NCBI GenBank assembly: GCA_012026655.1
Contig: JAAILG010000932.1
Location: 1-64,000 of the forward strand
Source of the DNA: Hydrolagus affinis
Lineage: Eukaryota
DNA length: 64,000 nt
Direction: 5' to 3'
The translations under genes and the position numbers were made by a program. Below, one piece after another: positions 26,766 through 39,513 of the stretch. Below the pieces are notes generated by a model, which did no database searches, had not been told where the DNA came from, and saw nothing but the letters and a program-made list of their open reading frames with translations. The stretch's first letter is position 1. Each line of letters opens with the position of its first letter.

Positions 26766-29117
26766 CCTCAGTTCCCTAATTGTTTAACCAGTTTTTAACA
26801 CACTCTGAACAAATATTATTTTCCAGATGACTGTTAAAATAAACAGTTTAAGAAATAAAGTTTGATTTAAATAAAACACATGTCACTTGGAGTACCCACA
26901 TTGCCCTTGATGATGAATGGAAGGGACTCGGTTAAAGAGACATTTAAGAGAAATGTGTAATTATACATTACTATATAGATACAAAAAATTATAGCACATC
27001 CATCAATACATTATTGCAACTTTAATACTGGTCAGTAAGTGACTGGATTTCTATGTCAAGCAAACTGGCCCCTGTGTTTGGTGCATTCAGTTAATGTTGC
27101 CTGGAATCTATATGTGGCTTGTTTTTTATTTTGAATGTGTGTGATTCACTAATGCCGATCACTGTCAGATTATCTGCTTTACGCTCCTCTTACTTCAAAG
27201 TTTGTGACATATAAATTACATTGGCAAGTTAACAGAATACAGCCATGACATTAAGAAGATTTACAGCAGCATGTAAACTCCAAAGTCCCACTAAATCAGT
27301 TAATTGTGTGGCCAAGGTGGCTAATAGTTTGGCTCGGTAATTTTTTTAACCAAATAGTATTGACTGTAAAAAAAAATCTTGGATTTGGTCCCACTGCTTT
27401 GAAAGTTCATTGCTTTGGAAATTGCTGTACATGCACAACCAAAACGAGGCATGAAAATGACCTAAGATACAGCCAATGAGCCAGGCTGTCTGGTCTGTCA
27501 TCAGCAATGCATCGGACTGCAAACCCATCTGGCTCAGGAATCAGATATCCAGGTCCAACACAGAGTCAACTCAGCTCTGAAACTCCACTTGCTTTCTTCC
27601 CCCACCCATTTAAGAGAACAGCCAGTAGTTGGCCATTTAAGCCACGTCTATTGTTAGAAGTCAATAGAAGACGGCAGGTGGTGTCACAATTACCCAACCT
27701 TTAGCCTCACCTGAACCTCAACGTCAGTACAAATATTGACTCAAATTAAAGACATTGCTTTACCCTTTAGACCAAAAGTCAGCATTTTCTTCATTGTCTG
27801 TGGGCAGCAATCTATGTTCCTTCATCTGTCAATGTCATTCACAAAAGTCTGTTGCCCACTGATGCAAATTAGAGGCAAATAGTTGAAACCACTTTCTGAA
27901 TCAAACTCGCCAATCTAGGTTATTTTAAAATGTATCGATTCCCTCCAATTTTTAGGCCTTCTCTGCTGTTTGCACTAACTCCCTCTGAACAAACCAACTC
28001 CCACCAAAAGTTTCCATATACGCCAACAAGTAATCATTCTTTATTTTAAACCCAGAAAGGGAGTGTTGGCATTTTAGCAGATTCCAATCTCGTCTTCACT
28101 GACATCGACACCCTCTCCATTTCCCATCTGAGCTTTGTCTACACACCTCAACCAGAAACACAAACTCTACCTGACTTTCTCCTCCCAGGTCATAGATGCC
28201 ACGCAGCAGACAGAACATCCCGAGATTAGCCAACTCAGCACACATCAGGAGTCCAACCTGTGACTCCCCAGGTCTGTGTGGGGCAGAGTAACACTGGGCA
28301 GTCAATTTACCAACCACATCACCCAAGAAGCTTCAGTAATTTCAGGTAGTTTAGTGATAGGTTGTAATGTTATTTAGTACCAGCCTGGGCTACATGAAGC
28401 ACTAACATTATTCTGGGACATTGTATAATACAAGTTAACATTTACAACAAACTGATGCAGCGTAATTGTAAGTAGCTGGAAGCAACTCTATCTCAAAACC
28501 ATTCACCAGACAACATACGAATCCCCATCTGTATGATAGCACTGTAGATGTGTATGTAGCTCCCCCTTGTGCTCATAGATATAGTTCTGCATTGCTCCCA
28601 TAAGATCTGTTAGAAATGCAAGAAATCCAACGTGGGAACCTCCCTGTCTCATCTTTCCAGCAACTTGTTAAGGCACAGATGCCGACAAGTTATATAATCT
28701 GAAAAAGAAAAAGCATAATTTCTTACAATATTTTCCATCGGTGCGATTCAACAGCAATGCATTTCATCATTTTCGATAGACACAATAATTGAACCGCTCG
28801 GAAATATCAAAAACAGTATAAAGGTAGGCTTAAATCTGCCTTGGAGCAAATGTAATCTTTCACAGATCCCATTAAACCTTCCCGGTTAGAGCAAGAATAT
28901 TCAAACGTCTTCTTAATTATTATTTCCAACAGTGGAATTAAAAATAGATTCATTGTGAGCCCCCGCTACACTTTTGCTAATGAAAACATGCCTTTTCACA
29001 TGATCTGTAACACATCAAATGCTACAGGATCAGCCAAGGTGTGGTAAAGAGACAGGTACCTTTAACACGTGAACCTCAAGTAGCAATGTGAGCCTTAGAG
29101 ATTCAGAAAGGGTGGAT

Positions 29118-29410
29118 TATAATAATTATAAGAATCCTTGCATTTGATATAGCGCTTCTAGATGTATTGAAGCCGAATATACAGAATGTACAGTAAGTCC
29201 ACAAACCAAGGATTAAATAGCTTTTGACAAGGTTCTTCCTCGCAGCACACTTTATTGAGGATAATAACAGCAATAATAGAATATAATCCTTGTATTTGAT
29301 ACACCACCTTTTCATGTTCTCGAGATGTCTCAAAGCACTACACTGAATACACTGCAAAGTAAATTGAGCAAAAGGCAGCAGCCAATAGCCCACAAACAGT
29401 CGTGGATTTG
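29118..29410 (-). mobile_element. Two stacked SINE 3' fragments
   Basis: Reverse-complement tails at ~29118-29165 and ~29270-29410. Confidence 0.75.
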
Positions 29411-29483
29411 CTGAAACAAATGCTTATAAGCAATCAGACAAGCACCAGACCGTTCCTATTAAAGTCCGCAAATTTACTGTGCA

Positions 29484-29733
29484 GTCATGTAGCTCAGTGG
29501 TTAGAGCACTCGCCTTACACGCCTGATCATAATCTCTCAAAAAGAACGATAATAAATTGGTCATTTCAATCCACAACTGTTTGTGGGACATTGCTGCGCT
29601 TAATAGGCTGTCGCGTTTCGCCCACAAATATACAGTCAATTCACTTTACAGTATATTCTGTGAAGCGCTTTGAGACGTCTGAGACTTCGAGATGTGAAAA
29701 GTGCTATATTAAACGTAAGGATTATTATTATAA
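29484..29733 (+). mobile_element. SINE with an internal deletion in the head
   Basis: GTAGCTCAGTGGTTAGAGCACTCGCCTTAC joined directly to the body; intact tail. Confidence 0.88.
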
Positions 29734-30253
29734 TGATTAATAAACTGGATGTTGCATATTGCCAGGAGCAGAGTCATTAACATATCCATAAATGAGGAAC
29801 AATGGCAACCTGTTGTGAATGAAGGAGAAGTTTGGACCATGTGGAGAATGATCCACAACATCCCTGGGGGCCAAACCTCATCAACTGTTTCTTTGTCTAA
29901 GACTTGCTTTATTTCTTCTCCCAAAAGACGCTACAAATTGACTCTGGACCTGCAATTTCATACCCGATTTGCTGTTTCTTTATCTGTGAATAAGAAGTGA
30001 TTTTTAAAAATCATTATTAAATTTCAGTTTGTATAGTGCTAAAGTAATACAACTGTCATGAGACAAATACATTGTGATACAAAAGTGCTTTATTTTTGAA
30101 CGTTGATTGTATAATTTAATTGTGTTATGGTGTGTGTCAGCGCTATCCCAAACCCAAATGAATGCTTACTGTTGATACTAGGTTACTCTACCAAGACACT
30201 GCCCCTTGTGAAGGGCAAGTTGTTGTTGTAGGACTGCTCAAGGGGTAACCACA

Positions 30254-30315
30254 GTTTCTTAGCTTTCTAATGCTTTTGCTATTTGCATTCTTTGTGGTTT
30301 ATTTGGCTTATTACT
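30254..30315 (+). repeat. 62-bp direct repeat, copy 1
   Basis: 60/62 identical to 33170-33231. Confidence 0.95.
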
Positions 30316-30821
30316 ATGAGCTGAGGGAGTCATGACAATAACAAGCCCAGGGTCAGGCTGGATCACTTTCCCCACAACTTTATCTTGAGTTCTGTGTTTC
30401 AGTCCCAGAGATGAAGTTCTCTGCATGAGAGCAACTAGTACATGACTAGCATGACTTCCACTCGTCGAATCCTTAATGCTCCCTGAATGCCACTGAAAGA
30501 GGGGAATCTTGACTTGGTGCTGCTCCTCAATGTGGATTCACACGACGAGTCATATCCCACTGTCACAAAGCCACCTGCTATACGTGTCGGAAGTTTGGGA
30601 TAGAAAAAAATCAAAACCAGCCCCAACTGCTAACTCGGAACAGTGACTGACATTTTCCATTTCAACACAAGAAATATTCTTATCGGAGGCTACCGTTTCC
30701 TTCACGAACTTTGACGTTGCAACAACATATATAGTGAATTGTGACTCCATGGCGTTTCGGAAATCCGTGGCCACACAGATCTGAGACTTAGACTTTTCCA
30801 ATCTCTGAAAATCTGCATCAA

Positions 30822-30881
30822 CTACAACAACAAAATTACATTTATAGAGTGCCCTTCACGTTGGGAGGACGTCCCAAGCCA
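30822..30881 (-). mobile_element. Short L2 3'-tail insertion with a probable 17-bp TSD
   Basis: Flanked by CTGAAAATCTGCATCAA (30805-30821) and CTGAAATACTCCATCAA (30882-30898), 14/17 identical. Confidence 0.8.
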
Positions 30882-31879
30882 CTGAAATACTCCATCAATA
30901 ATTTGCAGGAGTATTTTCAGGTCCACTGCAGGGTTAACAACTTGCATCGTCACCCACCTGGTGTTCTGAGTCCTACCTCCTCTGCAGCCTGGCTGTTCAT
31001 TCACGTTGGCTGCTATTAAAGCACTAAAATCAACAGAGTTACTTATATGTATGGAATATGCACAGCGAATGGCAACAGAAACATTCATGCAAAAACATTC
31101 AAAGCCCCCTTTAACACAGGTGGAGTGTTTTGCCTGAGGTGCCTTGAGATGGGAAGAAGTGTCAGGTCTATAGCACTGAGATCTCTTGTCTTGATGGGCA
31201 CAAAATAATCTGACATCTCCAATTTGTAATTTACAGACTGGGAAATGAGCATAGAGACGGGATAAGTCCAGGTATCAGTGCAGAAGGGGTGATAGTCACC
31301 TCATCTCCTCCAGCATCTACTGCCAAAGTCAGGAATACCACTAAGTTGTGATCTGACAGCAAAGCATTTCAGACCCATTTCTGAATAATGCATCAGTTTC
31401 TGCCTCCTCCCCCACACCCCCCACTACCACCAATATCTCCAGCACGAAAGGGTGAGATCACCTACCTGTGCTTCTGATAGGACATCCGGTGCAGCCCCAT
31501 CCATCATACCCAACACTACCACTTATCATGACCTGACTCCCTGGTAAAATGTAGATCTCTTGCCTGCATTCAAAACTACTAGTCTGTTGTGTGGGATTAT
31601 TTTGATGAACTGAATTACTCTGTTCCCACAGCAACAGAGGTATTAGCAGAGGCAGGCGATGGAATAGCCATTTGGGAGCAAGCCCATTAAAACAACACCT
31701 GCAGACAGAGCATTGCCGAGGAGTGATGCTGATGAGGCTGTCAACGTCCTTCTGCACAGACTGTTTGTGCCGTGTCTCCTCAACTTGCTGTTGATGTCTC
31801 GGCTAAGGTTGCTTTATCATCGCCCCCATCCTTCTACGTTGCGATTACTGTTCGAATTTCAGGTGATCAGAATATGGGT

Positions 31880-31921
31880 CTGGATGCGAGCCATCAAACC
31901 CACTGGATGCGAGCCATCAAA
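31880..31921 (+). repeat. Tandem duplication, 19 bp identical, period 23
   Basis: CTGGATGCGAGCCATCAAA occurs twice. Confidence 0.9.
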
Positions 31922-32305
31922 GTCAGCAGAAAAGCAGAGGTCATCACTAAATGAGTCCAATTTGATTTATTCAAAAAATCAGTTTCTTCGTTTTCTATAT
32001 ATTATTTTAATTTGGGCATCTAGTCTGAGGCCATGGCTTTGGCTTTGGATTTTGTTATGGGGTGGACGGCAATTGCTATTTGAGTTATTGTTAAGTACGT
32101 GTCCTGGTTCTCTTGTAGTTTTCTCAGTCTAGGTGGCCAGTGTTGAAAAAGGATGTCTAGGTCCTATCCCTGAAGGACAAATAGTAGCATGATTCCACTT
32201 CAGTGAGGTGACACCATCCAATCCCTCCTGGTTTTAATGATCAAACAATGGAGGCTTGCTCTCTCAGTTATTGTCATCTGATTTGATCAGTGCCTTGGGA
32301 AGTCT

Positions 32306-32572
32306 TTAATAATAATCCTTATATTTGATATAGCGCTTTTCATGTCTTCTAGATGTCTCAAAAGTGAATTGACTGTATATATTTGTGAGTGAAACGCAGC
32401 AGCCAATTGCACACAGCAGTGTCCCACAAACAGTGGTCAATTGAGTAACAAAATAATGATTTTTTTTAGGCATTATTTTAAGGAAACTTACGCAAGGTTT
32501 CACCCTGCCGGGAATTGAACCCAGGTCTCTCGCTTGCAAGGCAAGTGCTCTAACCCCTGAGCTGCAGGACTT
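32306..32572 (-). mobile_element. tRNA-derived SINE inserted in the transposase relic
   Basis: Reverse-complement head, body and tail; adjacent plus-strand L2 tail remnant at ~32575-32616. Confidence 0.9.
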
Positions 32573-33169
32573 CCGAAATGAAGGGCGCTATAAAAGTGTG
32601 ATTTGTTGTTATTGTTGAAGTTACGTTAGAATATAAAGAAACATGGCATTAATTAAGAGCCTTCAACTGATAAACAAACAAGCACAACATCTAGTCTATG
32701 CGTGAGTCTCACAATTCCCAATGACACCTCAGTTTGTCATATTTTTCCCGTTACTCTTTTCAACCTTGGTGTTTCAGTGAATTTATAGACCTGTACTATT
32801 AACCTAGGTTCCCAATTTTTAAATTGAAAAGAAAACAAATCATGGTCGATTGTTCTTGAGGGAATTATTGATTTTGTTTTCTCGTTCCTGAAGATAACAT
32901 TCCGTTCTTCCTCCTGTCAGTCAGTTGGGAAACAGACAAGAAGATAGGATGTCTGATGCTGGGACCATCCCAAATGCCCAGAGGGCGGAGGATCAGTTGG
33001 AGCCAATTGCCATTAAGTGAGAAAAATGGGAAGAAAGAAACTGTTGTACTTAATACAGGAGAGTTAAGGAAAAACAGTGTTGTTTGGTGGGTCTGCACTG
33101 CTGACTAGAAATGTATCCTTTGCAAATCTTCTCTAAAGCTCTTTCATTCCAACCCAATAGTTTCTTCCT

Positions 33170-33231
33170 GTTTCTTAGCTTTCTAATGGTTTTGCTATTT
33201 GCATTCTTTGTGGTTTATTTTGCTTATTACT
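33170..33231 (+). repeat. 62-bp direct repeat, copy 2
   Basis: 60/62 identical to 30254-30315. Confidence 0.95.
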
Positions 33232-36169
33232 GAACAGAAACTGAACATGTTGGGGGGAGATCAGAAGGATTAGTGATGACTTTTGACCTTGGGAGAAGAA
33301 AAGGCAACTGATACTTCAAAGCTAAGGCCTAAAGAATGAAGAGGAAACAGAGGATTATGGGTGACATGATCACCCTACAAAGGATGTGAAGTTTTGAGTA
33401 AGAGATTCAGTGGGATTTAGGAGAACACTCAGCTAATCCAGGATTGGTGTTTAAGCAGTATTGCAGGGAGAATTTAAAGCAGCTTGAGTTCAGAGTGGAC
33501 TGGATTAATTTATAAATAAAAATAAAAGTATAACCCCTGCCATCATAACAAGATTTTTTTTAAATAACCTTTATGACTTACCATTATGAAACTGCAGTGT
33601 ACAATAAAAACTGATGGCAAGTTCTGGCGTTATTCAAAAATGGTCTGATTTACAAGACATTAAAAGATGTTGTTTCATCAACGTTCAGTTATGCTAAAAT
33701 TAGCTATTGCAATCTATTAAATTCTTGTTTTGTCACCTAATGTTGCTTTTTTCAGTACAGTAATTTCATCAACCCACTGATGCTTTTCGGTGGGATTACG
33801 ATGATTCCATATTTTATTTGTAATGTGAAAAAAATATATAAAGATGTTAGCACACTTCAAAGCTCTGCCAGCTTCTTATGGACAACTGTTATCCAGTGTT
33901 AAGGTTACAGCTTCTGGCAATACTGTATATAGTGCTGATACAGACAGCAGAATATGAGAAGGTACGAAAGAGGAAGTTTACAATCCATCTGTCAAACTCT
34001 TTTTACTGTTTAATCTGTGTGTGGGTCTGACTCAAACCTATGAAAATATTGTCTTTCCCACCTGTCGTAATTTTGAAATGCTTCAACAGAATCTGGATTC
34101 AATGCACTCACTGATAATCTAGGTAGTTACATGTAGGCTGTGGTTGCTTTGACGCAATGCCATTTGACCAAATTCCTGGTCAAAAATGTCTCCATATCCA
34201 ACCCACAGATTTCCTGTATGATTTTCAAAAGCTTGTGTCCTACTCCCCTTAACCCAATTCCGTCTAACCACTCGCTCTTTGATCAAAGACATCACCTTAA
34301 ATACATTGTTCTTGTTTGAGTCCACTCCATTATTGATACACCCCATTCAGTTTAGGTACCACACCATTAATGATCCATTTTATGTACCATCCTTGCACCC
34401 TCTCAAAAATGAAATCAAGATGTTATCTCCTACTTTGATTCATTTGGGGTAAATTTCCCAACTGAAAACTGCTGGATCACTGGTCAAATAGGAAGACATG
34501 GGCTGTAAAATGCATATAAGTCTCCTGATTGGTGCTTACCTTGAGCTGATCACGAAACATGATGGGAATTTCCATCATGAACATGCTGCCTCTTCTAGGC
34601 ATCAGCGTAAATTTGACCCCTTTTGTGGGACGTCAATCCATCATTGCATAATCCTATGTAAGAGTCTTTTGCTAATTTGATAAAACTGACTTCAACATCG
34701 TGATGATCAACAATTATTCTCTGATCTCTTAAAATATTCTGTTAGGTGTCAACACCACTAACTGACTGTCTACCAGATACAACCAGGCCTTTCTAATGGT
34801 TTGTCTGCGACAGCATTCATGGGAAGGTGGGAAGGCAAACAAACGTTTGACCGCATTGACCATTTTACGAGTTTGGAAAGTACAATGCAGGCAGCAAGTT
34901 GCCCCAAAAGATTTTGAAATGGAAACCAGACGCCAAATATCAGTTGTTAAAAACCAAAAGTCTATTTTTTTTATTGAGGTGGAAGTATTATATATTACGT
35001 TTATGGATTCATTTTAATCATCATTGAAGCAAGCAGCATAACTCAAACCGCAGCCACAGCCCTCCCCTCACCACCTGCTCAGTTATGTCTCTAAGTCAGA
35101 GATCGCTTTAAATTGACACACAAACCTAAAGCCTGTCATTGGGTTAGTCAGCCGTTTAAAAGACTGCAGAAATGGTTTGGTCTTTTCTGAGATGGGTCAA
35201 TTTATTATAGACTTCTAAGCATTATTTTAACAGCTAGCACTTTTTACAAAATAAACTAAACCCTACATAGCCGTAAAACAATCCATAGCCTTTCTGTTCC
35301 TTTAAAGAGCCAGCCTTATAAACAATATATTTTAATTCTTGCCCAGGATTACTTAATAGATTTGAACAATCAATTGACTTTCCTTCCTTTGACAATCACC
35401 TCACACCAAGATGGGGTTGAATTTAATTTACAAGTCAATCCTGATTAAAATATTTGCCCTGAATTCAAATTAAAATGTGTAGGACAAGCCTCTGTACTAG
35501 ATGTGTTTATAGGGAAAGGTTATGTGCTTGACTGGCAGGCAGAATTATAAAGATTCAACACTCAAATCATTGATTTTAGACCATACATTTACCAATTCAA
35601 TCTCAAGTGATGTTTGGTTCCCAATAGTTTCTCCATGAGGGATAGGAATTAAAGATCTCTTTTAGAAATCTTCAAAGCATTTTATTGAAAAATACGAATT
35701 GGGAATTGAGTTCAAAGATAGTGATTCAGTTGATCTGTTCAGATAATCTGATTATAAACACTGAAGAAGAGACTATCCATTGTGTTGGTGAGGGCATAAA
35801 ATCCAGAAAGATCACAGGTTGGAATGTCTGATCTGGAGTGAATTAGTTGAGGTGATAGGAGGGGATTGTCTCCGGCTAAGAAGAGGGAAAGTTATCCAGG
35901 CTTCTCAGATCACCATACAGCAATTTCCTTGTTTATTTCAACATTTTACATTTCCGGATTTGAAACATTAGCCAAAATTGAAATCTGGGATTTGAAGTAC
36001 TTGTTTACACATTAGAAGAGATGTGCTTGTTCATGTTTCTAATAAACTAATAAACTAATCCAATTTCAGGTTTGCCAACCAGAATTCTAAGTGTAAGAAT
36101 TATAAATGGGCCCAGCTCACCTACGTGAATAAATATAATTTCCATCCAACAGGTTTTATAAAAAGTATA

Positions 36170-36480
36170 AGACCAATTACAAAGCCATTCAAGTGAACAG
36201 ATTTGATTTGTACTGTGAGACTGATCTCAAGCTTATTGAAGTGAACAGTTTGTTTGAAAGGTGAAGTTAGTTACAAGGTCATTGATATGAACAGAGATAG
36301 TTACACGGTGAGGCTGGCCACAAGCTTACTGAAATGAAGTAAGTCTGTTTATAGACTGAAACTTACTGCAAACCCCATTGAAATGAATGGTTGTTTCACA
36401 AAGTGAGACCAATTACAAGTCCATTAAAATGAGTTGAGCTGGTTTATAAAGTAGGATTGCAAATCCATTGAAATGAATAA
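36170..36480 (+). repeat. Diverged ~47-bp minisatellite, about 6.5 units
   Basis: Units recur at ~36170, 36217, 36263, 36310, 36358, 36405 and 36453 with consensus GTGAGACnAnTTACAAGnnCATTGAAATGAAC. Confidence 0.75.
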
Positions 36481-36879
36481 AATGAGACGCAGAAAGAGGT
36501 CAAATAAAAATCCAAAGTCAGCGAAAATTACTAAAAATAAGTGGGGATTTCCAGCTCTAGTTAAAGGATTTTATTTTGAAAACGAACATAATATTGTTTT
36601 TGGGGAAAGGGAAATTTCCAATAGATCCTAATCTGAATGTTTGATTCATTTAATTCACTCTATCCACTTTCTGTGTCACTTAATTTTTCACAGCTCTTAA
36701 GATATTATTAAGTTATGAATTGTTCCTAAAAATGTACTTTCTGTTTTTCAGTTAATAACAGCATTAATATTGAGTGTTCTATGAAATTTCACAATGGAAA
36801 TATTTCTCACAAACGCTCAGATATACTGAAAAAATAATATCGACTGTTAAACTTGGTCCTCCAATGCACGACTGGATGT

Positions 36880-37075
36880 ATATAGTCAGAGATACCATCA
36901 TTCAGCTGAGGCATTAATCTGACCATCTAAGTGGACATTAAATAAACCATTTCACTTTTGGGGAAGGGAAGTGAGCTTCTCTCAGGGTCCTGGCCAACAA
37001 TCCCTCAAATAAAATCGATCATTCACTCCATGACTGACTGTTTTGGGATAAGGCTGGACACAAATTGGCTGCCAA
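36880..37075 (+). mobile_element. Old Deu-domain SINE fragment
   Basis: GTGGACATTAAA...GGTCCTGGCCAACAATCCCTCAA...AAATTGGCTGCC resembles the recalled Deu consensus. Confidence 0.6.
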
Positions 37076-38549
37076 TAATTATTTGAATTATTTCACGTAT
37101 CTTCTCACAGAGCACAATCTCTTATAACATAATAGTGTTAGTCAAACGATTAAGCAAATTTCGAAGTATTGTAAGTTGCAAAATTTATGAAATGCTAGAA
37201 TTCTTATTGTTTCACATCAGCTAGTTTTAGATGAATTCATTCTCCTTTGGAAAGCGTGATAAATTCAGAATAAAAGAAGCATAAAAGATACAATGTTGGG
37301 CAATTTTTTTAAAAAAAACCCAAGGTGAATAAAACAAGAACAGTGAAATCCTAGTAAATTCACTGTCAAAGATGAATTAGAAGCCCATAAATAGCATGCC
37401 TTTGTGATCTGACGACACCAACTCACTTTAACACGCTTTCCTGCAATTATTCCAAAGATATACCTTAAATTGCGGATAAAGGAAGAGAGAATATTGAGGT
37501 ATGCAAAACGACACTACACCAAACCAAAGTTCAAAGGGAATAGAGCTTGTTTTCTTTTTTAAAACACCCAGAGGCAATTTAGATAATCCATCAGACAGAC
37601 GCAAGCAAAAATGATATATTTGACCTCATTGTGTGTGTATTTTGAGAATTTTTTTATAATGAGTGCCCTGGTAATATTTCACTGTACCTCATGTATAATA
37701 AGTAGAAATTCACAGGCCTTTATGATAAATTGCCAGGGTAACAGAGGGACACCTAGTTTGCATTTCAATACAAGCAAGTGCCAGATCCTTATTTCATTAC
37801 TGGCCGACACATCAGTGGACGGATTTTAATTTGCTTATGGAAGCATGTATCCGTGGAGACCTGGGCTGGCTTCTCTACACAGGAAAATTCAGTGTCAAAC
37901 TGTTAAGTTCTGGGCTGGCTGGTATCACTGGTATATTGCTGAATAAACAAAAATGGCAAGCTGTTGTAATTTTAGTAGAGCTCAGTTATGAATGCAGGGG
38001 AATCAAATTATCAAGCACATTTCATCGGTACAAAACAATATTTGGTTTAGAACCATAATGTCTAGAGTAAACAGTGCTGGGTTTATTCTATTCAAGTAAA
38101 TTAATTTTCTTTGCCGTATCAATTCATATTTCACTTGAGAAGTGGAAAATATTTCAAATGATGGGGGTCTGAATTGTGGCATTTTTTAATGGAATTCCAC
38201 ACTACAGAATCCGAGATACATGAATGGGAACTCCTTACAGGACTTGAAGTACGTCACACTGAGCTCTAAATTTGTGAGGTCTCTGGTTCTCCATTCATTA
38301 CGTTTAAAGTTTACAGTGTCCTACACTATATCTCACTCCAGATAGCCCTTACACTGTATGTAAGATATTCAAACCTGTCGGTTACATTCCAGCCTGCAAC
38401 TCAGTCCTTTATATAAATTTTTCTGTGTCCAAACTCTCTAAACATCTGAAAGAAAAGCCCCTCTGTCCATTCTCTTTTGAAACGTTGATTTTATAATTGG
38501 CTTTATTGGCTTTATCACCCCCAAAATACAGTCACTCCACTTTAGTTCA

Positions 38550-38940
38550 GTAGTTCAGTGGTTAAAGCACTCGCCTTACAAGCATGAGGCCTGTGTTCAA
38601 ATCCAGGCAGATGAGGGTGAAACCTTGGGCAAGTTTCCTTACTCCACACACATGCCTAATAACAATCCCTAAAAAAAAATGTTAAAATTGGTCATTTCAA
38701 TCCATAACTGTTTATGGAACCTCATAAACCACTTGGCTGCCGCATTTCGCCCACAAATATACAGTTAATTCACTTTACAGTATATTCTGAGAACTGCTTT
38801 GAGACGTCTAAAAAAAATGTGAAAAGCGCAAAATAAAAATGCAAGGATTATTAATATTTACAGTATATTCTGTGAAGTGTTTTGAGACATCTTCACAATG
38901 TGATAAGACTCTGTATCAAATGCAAAGATAATTATTAATA
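38550..38940 (+). mobile_element. SINE plus a duplicated tail
   Basis: Head TAGTTCAGTGGTTAAAGCACTCGCC, body and tail to ~38856, second tail to ~38940. Confidence 0.88.
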
Positions 38941-39216
38941 TTTATTAAAATTTTATTTTGAGAAACATTTTGAAAAATAGGTTAACTGTAGCACATTTAA
39001 ATAACCTCAAACATTTACTTAGCATGCTATGAAGAAAATGCATTTGTTAAAATAGAAGATGGGTTTATTTTGCGAAGGCTATTGAGTTGTGCTTTATTCT
39101 TTTGTGTTCTTTTGGTCTTGAAAGCAAGAAACAGAAATAGTGCATTAAACTATCAAGTCTGCTTCTTCCAACCTCACCCGAAACCTAGCATGTACTTTGC
39201 TTAACCACTATATTGT

Positions 39217-39513
39217 GGAGTCCTGTAGCTCAGCAGTTTGAGCACTCGCCTTGCAAGCGAGAGATCTGGGTTTGATTCCAAACAGGGCAAAACCTCGGGC
39301 AAGTTTCCTTACTCCACGCATAATATTCCCGCCAAAAAATAACAAATTGGTCATTTCAATCCACGATTGTTTGAGGGACACTTGTGCACAATTGGCTGTC
39401 GCGTTTTGCCCACAAAATATAGTCAATTCACTTTACAGTATATCCTATGAAGCACTTTGAGACTTCCAGAAGACGTGAAAAGCGCTAAATCAAATGCAAG
39501 GATTATTAATATT
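39217..39513 (+). mobile_element. tRNA-derived SINE, full length
   Basis: GGAGTCCTGTAGCTCAG head to GCAAGGATTATTAATATT tail. Confidence 0.92.

Larger units (their letters stand above)
30560..33165 (+). pseudogene. Decayed ZBED-like (hAT/Ac-group) transposase with multiple BED zinc-finger remnants
   Basis: Frameshifted, stop-ridden motifs in the expected order: SEVWD (30587), TSSAAWLFIHV (30975), ICNL (31222), SVVWDYF (31583) plus CSHSNRGISRGRRWNSHLGASPLKQHLQTEH (31621-31713), MALALD (32033), GDTIQSLL..IKQW (32207-32251), PRF (32803), and WW...LCKSSLKLF (33085-33144, hAT C-terminal domain-like). Interrupted by an L2 tail and a SINE. Confidence 0.7.

Noticed and set aside
30255-30333. Hydrophobic peptide FLSFLMLLLFAFFVVYLAYYY as the signal anchor of a glycosyltransferase
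   Set aside because: Bounded by stops, explained by T-rich composition, and no catalytic domain follows.
30538-30552. Two in-frame TGA codons as selenocysteine
   Set aside because: No SECIS recognised and no selenoprotein similarity; the frame is antisense to a transposase relic.
36170-36480. CRISPR-like array
   Set aside because: Vertebrate context, degenerate tandem units without unique spacers, no cas genes.
37831-38058. ORF with GLAGITGI as claudin-18 exon 1
   Set aside because: Lacks the W, GLW and paired Cys signature.
39217-39295. tRNA-Ala/Val-like sequences here and at the other SINE starts
   Set aside because: Each continues into the same SINE body and L2-type tail and is mutated; these are SINE heads, not tRNA genes.
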